NCBI RefSeq assembly: GCF_021869535.1
Contig: NW_026262581.1
Coordinates: forward strand, 133,052,001-133,116,000
Length of the DNA stretch: 64,000 nucleotides
Reading direction: 5' to 3'
Source of the DNA: Mytilus californianus
Taxonomy: Eukaryota
Positions 13,501 to 28,500 of the stretch are shown piece after piece (the first letter of the stretch is position 1; the number at the start of each line of letters is the position of its first letter). The notes under the pieces were generated by a model. It did no database searches. It was not told where the DNA came from and saw only the letters and a list, made by a program, of their open reading frames with translations. The translations under genes were made by a program, and so were the position numbers.

Positions 13501-16500
13501 GATTCCATCAGTATTGATTTAGCAACTGATTTGTTTATGTACAGTTGAAGAAAGCAGTTGATGATTTGAACTCAGCACTTGAAGACAAAGAAGACCTAAC
13601 ACAGAGATGTCATGAACTAGATGTACAGGTGTGTACAATTATACATTTAGTGTTGTTGTTTTGTTGATGCTTTGGGATTTCAGTGGAGTTAAATATATAT
13701 TCTTGTCTGTATGACAGGGGACTGTGTCCATTGTACACAACATAATCTTGTATATTATAAAAGCAAACTTTGACAGACCTTATGATTATTATTTGATTAT
13801 TGATATTAACAGAGTATTATATTATTCCATTATATTATTCCATTATGTTATTCCATTATGTAATTCCATTATGTTATTCCATTATATTAATCCATTATGT
13901 TATTCCATTATGTTATTCCATTATATTATTCCATTATGTTATTCCATTATATTATTCCATGCAAATTATATTGTTTGATATTAACAGTGAAAGATTCTTG
14001 TTTTTGGTTAATACCATACACATTGTATAAGTTTATGATGATTTATATATTCCAAAGAAGGCTGATACTAAATTGATTTATGGTAACTTTTAAAGGTTGC
14101 AGGCTTATTAGAGGAGAAACAAGTTTTATTCAGTGAGAATGAACGACTACAGGAGAGAGTGAACCAGGCGGAGAACCTGGATGAACCGAGGTAAGTTACA
14201 GACTAGAAGGTTTGAACAACATCTGCAAGGGCAGGAAAATTTATATTGTGTATATACACAGGTGAAATCAATGAAGTATGGTATATTTATTTTAAAAAAA
14301 TATGTTACTAGTAAAAAATAGATTTGGATCATATTGACATTTTTCATAAGTACTAAGATTTTATGAAACTTAATTGCCAATTTAGTGATAAATGTCCTTT
14401 TATACATATTTGAGGGGTTGTTCCTTCAAAATTGTTTGATCAAAAGTTATTCATTGAAAACCAATTAACCACAACGCACAGCAATGTACAAAATGAACTT
14501 TAAACTGGAACCTGTTTCCAAGCATTTTGATTCATAGGTAAATAACCAGTAATCCAATTAAAGGCAACCTTGGGTGTTTTCCATATTTTGGTTGGAACCA
14601 ATTGTGGCAACCAAATTAATAATCAGACACATCTGATCCAGTTTAATCTAGTTATTTGTTTGAAATTACAAGCCAAACAAACAGGAAGTAGTACACATGA
14701 CAATTGAGACAGCAAAATAGAAAGCACTCAAGAATTTTTATGGATAGTAATATTTAAGCACAATAAATTAGATTATAGGTTATATATTAATTTGCTCTGT
14801 TTCTAGCCTGTTCCCTAGGTAAGTTGATAATAGTGAGAGCTACATATGTATTATTGCACCATGTATAAGTTCTACTAATACAGATCTTAAGACTTTGGGG
14901 GCGTGTCTAAGCATGCTCATAAATCATTCTATGAAGTAAGAGGGAACTGATTGTATAGTAAAAGAGGATGTGTCAGGGCATGGAGTATTGCTTGATAATA
15001 TTTTTACAGAAAGTAAATGTATTTGTTTTCTCTTTGTATTTAATCCCCTTTCTATTTAGCCAATGGAAAAAATTAAATGCAATGCATTGTTTTGCATGTA
15101 ATTAATAGTGAATTATTTTGACTTGCAAAACTCAAAAACTTAAGATGACAACAGTTGAGTTGTAGTAGAGTTTGATTGAGTTATACAAACCTGTTTTCTT
15201 CTATCATATATATAAACTTTTAACTTTCTTTGATAGACTTTTAGAATCTTGTCTGTTGCCTATACACCATATTTATTAGTATTTAGAAGTCAGAAAAATG
15301 TATTCCATTCTAATATATCCATGTATCGTGACAAGATTAATATCTTTGCTAATGTAAATATGCTTTGTTGACGTCAGTATAATGTGTATTTATCTGGTAG
15401 TGGTTTCTTCTGGTAAGTCTAAATATATCAGTCACATGTGATAGATAGCACAGATGTCAGTTATTCTAAGGAATCATTGTAATTCTTGGGTATTTTTGAA
15501 CTCCAGATTTCAGCATCCACATAAGGAGATCCACTTTTACAGTTTTTCATCAGTGTGCCACTATGACAAGTACTATTGCAAAATGAACATTTATAAATTT
15601 TATTTTTTGTTTTATATTCCAAAAAGTGATAGAAATATATATTTTTGATACTTTACTGGCAAATTACTGCTGCATTCATTAATTGCAGTTTAACTCATTT
15701 CTACAACAGGTAGGTCACTATGACCTATATGTCATGTCTGAATGACAGTTCCTTTTTTCTTGCATTTTGGTCAATATCTTAATACTTCAGTGTTATGTTT
15801 CTTTAGAACATGGCTTGACCTTGATATTACATGTACTAATTACTGTTCAACATTAATGTTACTATTAATGGTTTTTGGGTCATATTTTAAAATCCCAGAA
15901 TAATATTTCTACCTTTATAGCTTTCTTTTAAATGGAACAACTATGTTAAAAATAAATGTATTAATTTAAAAAAGATTACACCCTGTCAATAATCTAGTTT
16001 AGCCTAATAAATAATTACCACATGCAATAACTGAAACTATAACTGACTGAATATTTATGAAATGAATCCAAAAAGTTGGTGAAGTGACATGTTTGTACTA
16101 ACGGTTGTTGCAGTTTGCCTTGATAGTGTGTGCTGGTTTGTCTTGTGTAATGTTTGAATGTATGTGAATTGTTGCCCTGGTATATTGAGAAGTGTGATTT
16201 GCCTGAATGTGAATGGTTGCCCTGGTGTATTTAAAAGTGTGACTTGCCCATAAGTAAATAGTTGCATTGGTATTTTTAGAAGTGTGACTTACCCATGTTT
16301 AAATGGTTGCAAATTTCCTTGGTATTTTTAGAAGTGTGACTCACAGTGTAGAGTTTAGTGTGTGACATTGCCACATTGTATACTTCTATTGATTTGCATA
16401 TAAATTGATTAAAATTGAAACTTTGTTAAATCGGATAAATTTACTTCATGCTTGACAAATTAGGGGTCAACTTTTAGTATCCTATACAGAACTGGATTCA

Positions 16501-19500
16501 ATTTTTGAAATAGTTGATTAGTTGAAGTTTTGAGAAGTCTTTAAATTTTAAACTATTTTGGTATTTTTGTCCACAAATGCACAATTTTTGTCTGATACTT
16601 AAAACATCTGTTTTATTCATGTTAATTTACATGTATTGAGTTGGATTAGTATACACAGCAGCTGTAGTTCTAAAAATGTTTTTGTTTCTGTTTTCAGTAC
16701 ACCAGCAGGTAAAAGATATCAACAGTTACTTCTACAGGTAGAAAAATTACAGGAAGAAAATTTTAAAATTGATGCTGGTAAGTGGACAAGCAAATTTTTT
16801 CATTATATGCATCAAACATAGTTAAGTTGTTATCTAAAATAATTGGATCAGCACTTATAAGTATATTTACACTTTATTGATTTTTTTAATCCCATTACAA
16901 AATAGTCTTGTTGTAATTCCACATAATAAACTTCATAAAGCACTGAATCATTGGTCTGAACAGAGAGACATGGATTTTATATGGACATACAAGTATCCCT
17001 TGTTTCTTGTTTGACCTTTAGTCTTCAGACCTTTACTCTGTTATTTCCCTTTGTACAGATCTTAATTCTTGTTTGACCTTTAGTCTTCAGGCCTTTACTC
17101 TGTCACTACCCTTTGTACAGATCTTATTTCTTGTTTGACCTTTAGTCTTCAGGCCTTTACTCTGTCACTACCCTTTGTACAGATCTTATTTATTGTTTGA
17201 CCTTTAATCTTCAGGTCTTTACTCTGTTATTTCCCTTTGTACAGATCTCATTTCTTGTTTGACTTTTAGCCTTCAGGCCTTTACTCTGTTATTTCCCTTT
17301 GTACAGATCTTATTTCTTGTTTGACCTTTAGTCTTCAGGCCTTTACTCTGTCACTACCCTTTGTACAGATCTTATTTATTGTTTGACCTTTAATCTTCAG
17401 GCCTTTACTCTGTCACTACCCTTTGTACAGATCTTATTTTTTGTTTGACCTTTAGCCTTCAGGCCTTTACTCTGTTATTTCCCTTTGTACAGATCTTATT
17501 TCTTGTTTGACCTTTAGACTTCAGGTCTTTACTCTGTCATCACCCTTTGTACAGATCTTATTTTTTGTTTGACCTTTAGCCTTCAGGACTTTACTCTGTT
17601 ATTTCCCTTTGTACAGATCTTATTTCTTGTTTGACCTTTAGTCTTCATGCCTTTACTCTGTCATTTCCCTTTGTACAGATCTTATTTCTTGTTTGACTTT
17701 TAGCCTTCAGGCCTTTACTCTGTTATTTCCCTTTGTTCAGATCTTATTTCTTGTTTGAACTTTAGTCTTCAGGCCTTTACTCTGTTATTTCCCTTTGTAC
17801 AGATCTTATTTCTTGTTTGACCTTTAGTCTTCAGGCCTTTACTCTGGTATTTCCCTTTGTACAGATCTTATTTCTTGTTTGACCTTTAGTCTTCAGGCCT
17901 TTACTCTATCACTACCCTTTGTACAGATCTTATTTATTGTTTGACCTTTAATCTTCAGGCCTTTACTCTGTTATTTCCCTTTGTACAGATCTTATTTCTT
18001 GTTTGACCTTTAGTCTTCAGGCCTTTACTCTGTCACTAACCTTTGTACAGATCTTATTTATTGTTTGACCTTTAATCTTTAGGCCTTTACTCTGTCACTA
18101 CCCTTTGTACAGATCTTATTTATTGTTTGACCTTTAGTCTTCAGGCCTTTACTCTGTCATTTCCCTTTGTACAGATCTTATTTCTTGTTTGACCTTTAGC
18201 CTTCAGGCCTTTACTCTGTCATTTCCCTTTGTACAGATCTTAATTCTTATTTGACCTTTAGCCTTCAGGCCTTTACTCTGTTATTTCCCTTTGTACAGAT
18301 CTTATTTCTTGTAAGCCTATGAATATTATTTTGTTTTAGACTCAAGGTTCATGTTATTTTTGTTATCTGTCTGTTATAGAAAATCAGAAATTCTCAAATT
18401 TACACAAATCAAATTAATTAATTATATATATGCACCACAGTTAAAAGGTTTATGTAGATCTGGCATTGCAAAGTCATGCTGACAAGTGTTGTATAGCCCA
18501 AATAGGCATCAGATCCCTATAATCTAGTTCCAATTAATTAGAAAACTTTTTTATTGCCCCCTCTATGAAAGTAGAGTGGCATTATGTTTTGCAGTCTATG
18601 TGTCAGTCTTGTTCATAAGTCTGTCTGGCCCGTATCAGGATAAAGTATTGATGTACGTAGTTGGTTGGCACATCAACTTGAAACTTTGTACACATGTTCA
18701 TTATGAAGTGAACTGTTTAATATATATGCCAATAAAGCATAAGAGTTCATAGTTCACCTAGCATGGAAATAAGATAGTGTGAGTGGGGGATGGTGTCATG
18801 GATGCATATTCTTGTTTACAAATGCACCAATATCAAGATAATATTTATATATACATATATGTTAATATTAATTATTACACTTATGATGTTCCTTAGGAAA
18901 GGCTTTAGATTTTATCATTTTAGTGTGAAATATAGAAAATCTCATTATTGCATTCATGTAGCAATAGTACTGAGATTAACCTAAACAATTAATATAATCT
19001 TTATAAGTATTAGATATTTATATGGATCATGTTTTCTTTTTCAGCAAGAGATGACTACAGAATAAAGCTTGAATTAATGACAAAAGAATTCAATGACATC
19101 AAATATAAGGTTGGTTCTTTTTAGTATACTTATGTTAATTAAAAAAATAGTTGTAAAATTTAAAAAAAAATTATTGTTCACTATTTCTTCTCTTTATTAT
19201 GTTTCTCTTTTTCCTGTGTAAAGCGTCACTATAACAACATATAGTGTAATTAGTTGGAGGTATAGATAAGTCCAATGAAAAGGTCCCTAGGGGATGACAG
19301 TTTATTAGAATGTTTATTGCTTATTGTTTAAGACATAATGAAGGAAATCCTGATGACTTTACCATCATTGGTAAAAAAATTGGTCCCAATCCTACTGTTA
19401 GAATGATTTTTTATCCTTTTTTATTGAAATTTATTTAAGTTTTATCATCTTTTAACCGAGAAATAACAATATTGTTTCAGAACACAGAGTTAACATCTAT

Positions 19501-22500
19501 AGCTGAGGAAGCAAGAGGATTGAAGGATGAATTAGATGTTTTGCGTCATACATCAGAACAAGTTGTAAGTTATCTTCATAGGATTATCCAGTCCACACAG
19601 TTCACTACATCTTGGTCATTTTGACCTACACTTTACATTATGAAAGTTTGAGGTTTAGATGAATTTCTTTGATACCAAATGAAGTAATTCATAATATTCT
19701 ACTACTACAATCTTGTATTATACATCACAATGATGATACAATTAAGGGACTACAACATTTATTTTATGCTGAAGTAGCCTCTTAGAGACATATTGTAACG
19801 GTTTAGGGGTAAGCTGTAGGTTTGTACATACAACTTTTTCGGGCTACTCAGTAAACATTCACCTCTCCTTTAATGTTTGTTGTTTACTGTCAGCCAACGC
19901 GTATATAAAAACATTGATGAACATTACATATACTTTTATTATTATTGTATGTAAATATTATTTGTAAGGTCTCTGGGAGTAATGATATAGAGTTTGTCTT
20001 CACTGTTTGACCAGGGGGGTCCCATGACTGAACGATGGTTCCCATCTTCTGTTTACCCTTATTTCACACATTCCGGCTTTATTACCTTGCTATTTTGTTT
20101 GCGTAAGGCCTGAATATTGTAACCGGGGGCCCATACTTGCTAAGAGTAAGCTTAGGGAAGTCCCGTTTGTCCATTTTCCGACTTGACTGAATGTCAACAT
20201 TCCCAATTGCCGCCATTTGCATCAGTAGGTTTATTGACGTCAGTGACCTAATGATCTGAGATCAGCATCCAATCAGCATTACGTAATTTGCCCACATTCA
20301 CCATAGGGGCACGAGACTTTGGTGGAACAGATGTATAAAAGCGAGTGCACATCATTTTCTAGGAGACTACGGCACGCTACCAGGGCGTTCACTCCTGATA
20401 CCAAAGCAACCCAAATATGCCGCAGTCGATGCAACCCTTAAAATACATGTACCTTTGCTATTGTGCAGTTGAAGAGCGTACAAAAACCAAAAACTAAAGC
20501 AATTTGTGTCAAATTGGATAAGGCTGTCTATGCCTAGGCATTGACAAACCGTTAGTTAAATTCCAAATAATTTAAAAGTTTCTTTTGCGGGAAATTTTTC
20601 AGAGTATGACAACATCAATGATATTTTATGTCCACCCTAAAGTGTAACACTTATTTTTTTTTCAGACAAAATATGAAACAATGATTGAATCTTACAAGAA
20701 AAAACTAGGTAAGCTTACTTTGTGGAGGTTCTTTCATAAAAAGGTAAATGTCCTGTATTATTTCATCAGAAAAGTGAGGTAAGTAACTGGATTATTTCAT
20801 CAGAAAAAGTGAGGTAAGTAACTGGATTATTTCATCAGAAAAGTGAGGTAAGTAACTGGATTATTTCATCAGAAAAGTGAGGTAAGTAACTGGATTATTT
20901 CATCAGAAAAAGTGAGGTAAGTAACTGTATTATTTCATCAGAAAGAGGGAGGTAAGTACTGGATTATTTCATCAGAAAAAGTGAGGTAAGTAACTGGATT
21001 ATTTACCCATGTATGATTTTCTGTTATAAAATTATGAACATTGAGTTCAATAAATCACAAACATTACTCTACATTTAAACTCTCTGAAATGATACATTGT
21101 CCAAATTAGACCCATTCACATACAATTTTATCACAATTCTTTACAAAAATCTGTTATGAGAATCAAATATTTTTTTAATGAACAGATGAAATGGGAGATT
21201 TAAGAGTACAAGTGAAACTGTTAGAAGAGAAAAATACAAAATATATGCAGGAACAGCTAGAGATGGAAGAGGTAAATAACTAATTCTTATGTAATTCATT
21301 TGTAATGGCACTTTTAGTAAGACATTTATTTTGAGGGGATAAAATCCACTGTTTTCAAATGTGGTATGCAGTCCTTCATAAATTCATTTAACAAAAACAT
21401 GTCAATTTGCACTAGACAGAATAATAATGTGGTTTAAAACATCTCAAATTGAGTTTAATTGTAACATATTAAAGAAACTCTATAACATATTTTTGTGAAT
21501 GTAATATCTATGACAGACATAGACATTGCATTCACAAAAATATGTTATAGACTTTCTTTAATGTGTTACAATTAAACTCAATTTGAAACGGTCAAATCTT
21601 GAAAGGCATCGAAAAATATAAAAATACAATGCAGTTATTCCTTAATTTCATGCATGTTCATCGAACTCGTCTACCAGTGACACAGTATTCAACTATGAAA
21701 TAAAGTTACTTCTGTTTTGTTAGTCATTCATTAAGTGGTATCAGTCATTACTTGCCAATATTTCACTTTAAACAAAAAAAATAACAGGAAAAAATATACC
21801 AGTAAAGCCAGTTCTAATAGGGCTTTACATTTCAGATTTTAGGTATGGTAAACTCAGAAGTTTTTGCTATCTTTTTATTGTTGCGAAAATTGCGACAGGA
21901 TAGATATCACAAAATTAAGAACTTGCACATTCAACATTTTGATAGCATTATCGTATGTAGCATTTCATGCAGTAATTAATCTCATATTTTTTACCATTGT
22001 CCATCAATCAAAAAAAAATTCTGAATTTACAGTACTAATATTAATGATTATCAGAACTAAAAAATATAGTATATAGGTATTTTTTTCAAAAAAGAAATAT
22101 GTCCCAAAATGATATTTTACAATAAATGTAATTATCTAAAACAAAATTAATTATTGAATTTATTACATACTTAATTTGACCATTTTTAGGAAATGAGAAA
22201 GTCTGGTTCAATGAAACAACAGTTTGATATGTACAAACGTCAGGTCCATGAGCTACAGAATAAGTTATATGATGAGACAAAGAGGGCTGATAAGTCTGAC
22301 TTTGAAGCTAAGAGAGCTGTAGATAAAATGGCAACACTACAAAGAGAAAAAGAGGTAAACAGACATTGACTCTGGTATGGCAATAAACAGACATTGATTC
22401 TGGTATGGCAATACAGTGACAAATGGCTATTTGTGCAATTTAGTGGACCCTTTTTAACATGATTGAAATTAGTTATTCTGTTAAATTTGTTACTGTTTAT

Positions 22501-25500
22501 TTAATGTGCGTAAACAAATTGAAAACAATTGTATAATCTAAACACACTCTCTTATTTGATCAGACTGGCTCATGTTACCATCAGATATATATATATGTAA
22601 CACTCAGAAACGTGTCCATCCCCCCAAACGTGTCCATATGATGTCGTTTGAACTGCAAAACATGTCTAGTTGCTAAAGGGCGCCAAAACGTGTTTTGTTT
22701 ATAAGCGCCCAATTGTGTCCATTTAATTCAAAAAAGGCCAAACGTGTCCAGTTTATATGAAACCGTAAAGTCTCCATTTTAAAAGCACAGAAACCACTTC
22801 TGCATGAAGCAAGTCGTACAATACCCTCATACATTATATAGACATTTAGGTATCATCGAAGAATATTAGTGCAATAGAATCCACTTAGTAAACAATTATT
22901 TAAACTGTACAAAACTAATAAATTGCAATGTGTATGTTTTTTTTTTAAATACGCATGACATATTTGCCACTGGACATTCAGCAATCAACATTCAATAGTT
23001 AATTATGTGTTGCAAATTTAGCTTGCAATTATACTTAATAAAAAATAACCGGCTTTGAACAAATTAATTCTAATAAATTACCACTTTATTAACAGTGAAG
23101 CACCGTGAAAATTTACAAGATAAAATATATTAAATGTTTAATTGTGAAATACCTCTATCTGAACTTTATATAAAACATTATTAAAACCGCTGCAAATAAA
23201 AAATAACTTTTCATTGTGGGATTCTTTTTTAACCTGGTGTCTATTTTTTTTTAAAGCAGATGTCACTGTGCACAGTGTAGCATGTCTTGAACATTTGTCT
23301 ATACAGATTACTAAACTTTCCTTCAGATTTTTTTGGGTAGCTACCATTTGATTTTTTAAGAATTCAACCGAACCCGACGTCTTTTATCGTATCCCACGCC
23401 ATTGAATTGCCGTACATGTTTTTGACTTCACGGAGATATTGACGCTAAGAGTTTTGAGACGTTGTGGCGTTTTTATCTGGACACGTTTTGGCGAATAACA
23501 ATTATCGGACACGTTTGGGGATGTGAAATCGGACACGTTTTGGCGATTTATGATTTGAAGGACACGTTTGGGCGGAATAGACACGTTTGGGGGTATCGGA
23601 CATGTTTGGGGGATGGACACGTTTGGGAGTGTTACATATATACTATCATTATCCAGGCAGAAATGTACAGTAATTACTAAATGTTGTTCTTTCTTTTCTC
23701 TACAGAGAATAGCAACAGAAAGAGATTCACTCAAAGAAATGAATGATGAGATGAAATGTACACAGCTACAGACATTAGAAGATAATGAACCAAATGATCT
23801 AACATCCACGCCCAGAGTGGAAATGTTATCCTTACCCCCTGATATTAAGTATGTTTGTGTCACAGTATCTTTGCTTTATAGTTTAACTAATGAATTGAAT
23901 TCCTTTCATCAGTATTATGATATGTTAAACAGTAAACATATTGAAGGAACAGAACAAAAAAAGCAATGCTGTGAAAATAATTATCCAGAGGGATTTGTGA
24001 AAAGAAAATAACATTTTAAAAACATTATACTCACTCCAAATCCAAAGCATCTGTTGAAATCTTTGTTATTATTGCCTTCTGGTCAGTTCAATATTAATTA
24101 TCACATAAAGTTGAAAACTTTATAAATCTTGATAAGTTATTAATAGAGGAGCTCTTTAGAGCTCTGAAAGTCACTATGTAGCTTGTCAACTCATGAAATA
24201 GACTACATTTCAGTGCTAAAACTGTGGAACACATTTAGGTACTGCAAGACACTTTTGCTTTAGACTATTTTAAGTCCATTGAAATAGGCATGAATGTTTA
24301 TGTTGTGTTTGACTTAAGTGTTGTTATTGTCTTACTATTATTTTTGATATTATGAACAATTTAAAATTGATTAGAGTTGTTTTCCTTTCCTGAATCTTCT
24401 AATAAGTTGAGATGTAAAATAAGTGTTTGGATTCTGTAATTCTGTAGCATGAAATGGTCAGCTTCTGGGAGCTTAAGTGGCACCAAGAGTCTATTTGAAT
24501 AACTGCCTCAATCATAACTAAGGCTTATTTGCAGTCTTGTCTCAGTGTGAAGTGGTTGCATTGTGCCTGAAACTGTTGTCTATTATTTTTACAGAGAGAA
24601 AATTTTACGATTAGAACATGAAAACAAGATGTTAAAATTGAGATCCAACAGTACTGATGGAAGTGAAAATGACCAAGTACTACAGTCAATGCTAGATGAC
24701 ACAAACTCTCGAAAAAATGAACTGGAAACAGAATTAAGGTTAGCAATTACTTTATAATCATAAAGTGTATTCAATATTACCAGTAGCCAATATATAAAAA
24801 TGAATATAAGGTCTATTTATATAGGTCAGTCACTAAATTTAATGGTAATCTGGTAATCTAAATAAATGTGTGAATTTATTTATAAAAATTCATCATATTA
24901 TATTATTTTATAATGATTTAAGAACTAAAATGTAATTTTTGGCATTAATGTTATATTCTTGCTTGTTAGGTTTTTACAAGGAACGCTTGCATTTCAACAC
25001 CCTTTTGATGGGTATGTCTTTCACCTATTTAAACCTACTTCACCTATTTTTTCTTCTAAATTTTGGTGTGTTAATTGATGTTTTGTTTTGTTATTTTCTG
25101 TGGCTATATTTATTTTTCTGCTGGTAGAATTAATGAATGCATATTATACTCAGCTTTTCTGCTAGAAACAATGATTTATGGGTAAACATATTTGTACAAA
25201 AAGTTGTATTTATTATACCCCATCCTACAAAAGAGAGGCCAAATATACCAAAGGGATATTCAAACTCATAAGTCAGAAAAAAACAGTGTAGCAAATTTAA
25301 TTGCTACGTTGTTCCTGACCTAGTACTTTTGAAATAATCAGTTATAAAAATTCTGAGAGAAAAATATTAGTTTTGATCAGTCAGTCCAATCCTCTTGGTT
25401 TCTGGATACTAAATCAAATAATTTATATTGAATTGCCACCTTACACGGATATATTGTCACATATAATGAGAGGAAGATCCCTATTAATTATGAGGTCACT

Positions 25501-28500
25501 ACATCATAGATCAAGGTCATTTTTCCTTAAAATATGCCAAATTTAGTGTAGGAAAATGGTTTCCTGATACAGTTTTATTTTCTTACTTTTACCTGTGTTA
25601 CAAAGGTGCAAAATTGAAATCAGGAGCTGTCAGGTTTTTAAACAGCTTCTGTAACAATCTTAATAGAACTTACCGTTTGCAGGAAAATTTGTGTTAGGAG
25701 TACTGTTAACTATTTTTCCAAATGTATCAGTTCAGGAGTGACAAGAGCTTTTTACAGCTTTTTATACATTAGGTTATTACTGTAATCAATATTGCCCAGG
25801 TAAAATAGCTTGCTTAAAGTGACATCACCTTAGATTTACAAGCTTTACCCCTCAGTAATTTTGGTTTCAAGATATTTTTTGTAATACAGCTGAAGAATTG
25901 AAGAAAATTGATAACCTACTATTTTGGTTGTAATACATCTCTTTTTATACGTCCGGCGTCGTCCGAAGACACATTGGTTTTCGCACTCTAACTTTAGTTT
26001 AAGTAAATGGATCTCCATGAAATTTTGCCATAAGGTTCAATACCATGAAAGGAAGGTTGGGATTGATTTTGGGGGTTATGGTACCAACAGTTAAGGAATT
26101 AGGGGCCAAAAAAGGGGCAAAACACAAGCATTTTTCTAGTTTCATGACAATAACTTGTGTGTAAGTGTATGGATCTCTCTGACATTGTACCACAAGGTTC
26201 CATATCACAAAGGGAAAGCTGGAATTGAGTTTGGGGGTAATTGCCCGAAACGTTTAGGAATTGGGGGCCAAAAAGTGGCCAAAAATAAGCATTTTTCTAG
26301 TTTCCAGACAATAACTTGTGTTCAAGTGTATGGATCTCTCTGAAATTGTACTGCAAGGTACCATACCACAAAGGGAAGGCTGAGATTGAGTTTGGGGGTG
26401 ATGAATCATAAGGGGGCTCAAAAAATTTTGGGGGGGGATTTTTTTTTTTCTTTTTTTTTTCTTTTTTTCCTTTTTTTTTTCTTTTAAAATTTTCCATTTT
26501 AAGTTGGTTATTTCTGATTTATATTTAAAAGCAAATAATATTGATATGGTAGGAGATACACACCAAACAGGATGTGTAAATTATTATATAATAAGTATTG
26601 TGCAATAGCAAGAAATTTTCAATTGCACAGTATTGCACAATAGCAAGAAATCTTCAATTGCACAGTATTGCGCAATAGCAAGAAATCTTCAATTGCACAG
26701 TATTGCGCAATAGCAAGAAATATCCAATAGCACAATATTGCGCAATAGCAAGAAATTGTCAATTGTACAGTATTGCGCAATAGCAAGAAATAATCAATTG
26801 CACAGTATTGTGCAAAAGAAGATACTTCGTATAAATTGCTTATTTCTTGATCAATTTCAATGGGGTTTTATTCTTGAATTCTTGGGGTTCTTTAATATGC
26901 TGAATCTAACCGTGTATTAAGTTTTTGGATTTTGGGCCCCGTTTTTAAATTGGTCCACATTGAGGTCCAAAGGGTCCAAAATTTAACTTTGTTTGATTTC
27001 ATCAAAAATTGAATTATTGGGGTTCTTTGATATGCCGAATCTAACCGTGTATTTAGATTCTTAATTTTTGGTTCTGTTTTCAAATTGGTCTACATAAAGG
27101 TCCAAAGGGTCCAAAATTAAACTTAGTTTGATTTCAACAAAAATTGAATATATGGGGTTCTTTGATATGCTGAATCTAACCATGTATTTAGATTTTTGAT
27201 TATGGGCCCAGTTTTCAAGTTGGTCCAAATCGGGGTCCAAAATTAAACTTTGTTTGATTTCAACAAAAATTGAATATATGGGGTTCTTTGATATGCTGAA
27301 TCTAACCATGTATTTAGATTTTTGATTATGGGCCCAGTTTTCAAGTTGGTCCAAATCGGGGTCCAAAATTAAACTTTGTTTGATTTCAACAAAAATTGAA
27401 TATATAATAATAATAATAATAATAAATTCTTTATTTAAAGAGGGTAAACTCAGTTAGTTACAATAAACTAATCTTCCCTGAGGCCCTCACATACAAATTA
27501 CAATACAATCAAAAAACAGATATTTACACATAGTTAATTTACAGTCAATTAGTTCAATGTAATATTACTAACATGATAAGATATAAGGCTGTTCAAGATG
27601 TACATGTAGTCAAAAAATCAAATACAAATATAAATAAAAGAATATACAAATACATTGTAGAAAACATAATCTTATCAGGACTGTGTTAAGTACTTCTTGA
27701 TACTTTGTTTAAAAGTATAAGTGTTTTGAGCTTTACGCATTTTGTTTGGTAGTCCATTCCATAACACTGATCCAGAATAAACAAAAGATTTCTTAAATAG
27801 CTCAGCTTTTGGCTTAGGAACTATCAGATTACCTTGAGTGACGCCTCTCAGGGAGTAAGGATTATTATCTGATTTCAGTTTAAACTTTTGAACTAGGTAC
27901 ATTGGTGCTTCCATACGCATACATTTATATAGAAGTAAATATTTGTGGTATTTTATTCTATTGTCAACTGTCATCCACCCAAGTTCTTTAAATAAGGGGG
28001 CTGAGGGGGATAAAGGAACTGCATCTAGAATTAATCTTGCTGCCCTTTTTTGGAGTTTTAAAATTCTTGTTATCCCTTCATTTTTACATTCACCCCAAAT
28101 AATACAGCAGTAGTCAATCAGGGGCAGAATATACCCATTGTAATATGTTTTCCTTGCATTTATATCTAAAAATTTCTTTATTTTAGAAAGGAGGTATATT
28201 CTGGATGATATATTAGCACAAACTTGGTCAATTTGATTTCTCCAGTTAAGTGTGCTGTCAATTTTAACACCTAATAATTTTTCACATGAAGAATTTTGTA
28301 ATACTATTGAATCTATTATTAAGTTTGGTTGATAAGTCTGAATTGATAGTTTCTGCTTTGTTCCAGTAACCAAACATTTTGTTTTATTTGCATTAATGAA
28401 CATGTTATTCATTTTGCACCACTCTTCAACCCTGTATAAATCTTCTTGAACATCATCATGTATATTTTCTATGTTTTTCCCTGATTTATGAAGAGTGGTG

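Noticed and set aside
17003-18310. CRISPR-like regularity of the 62-, 34- and 29-bp arrays
   Set aside because: Head-to-tail repeats with no unique spacers, no cas genes, eukaryotic intron context
23384-24011. ORFs 23384-23863, 23462-23680 and 23568-24011 as genes
   Set aside because: MITE subterminal repeats plus Hook exon 16 read-through or antisense shadow; only 23706-23848 is supported
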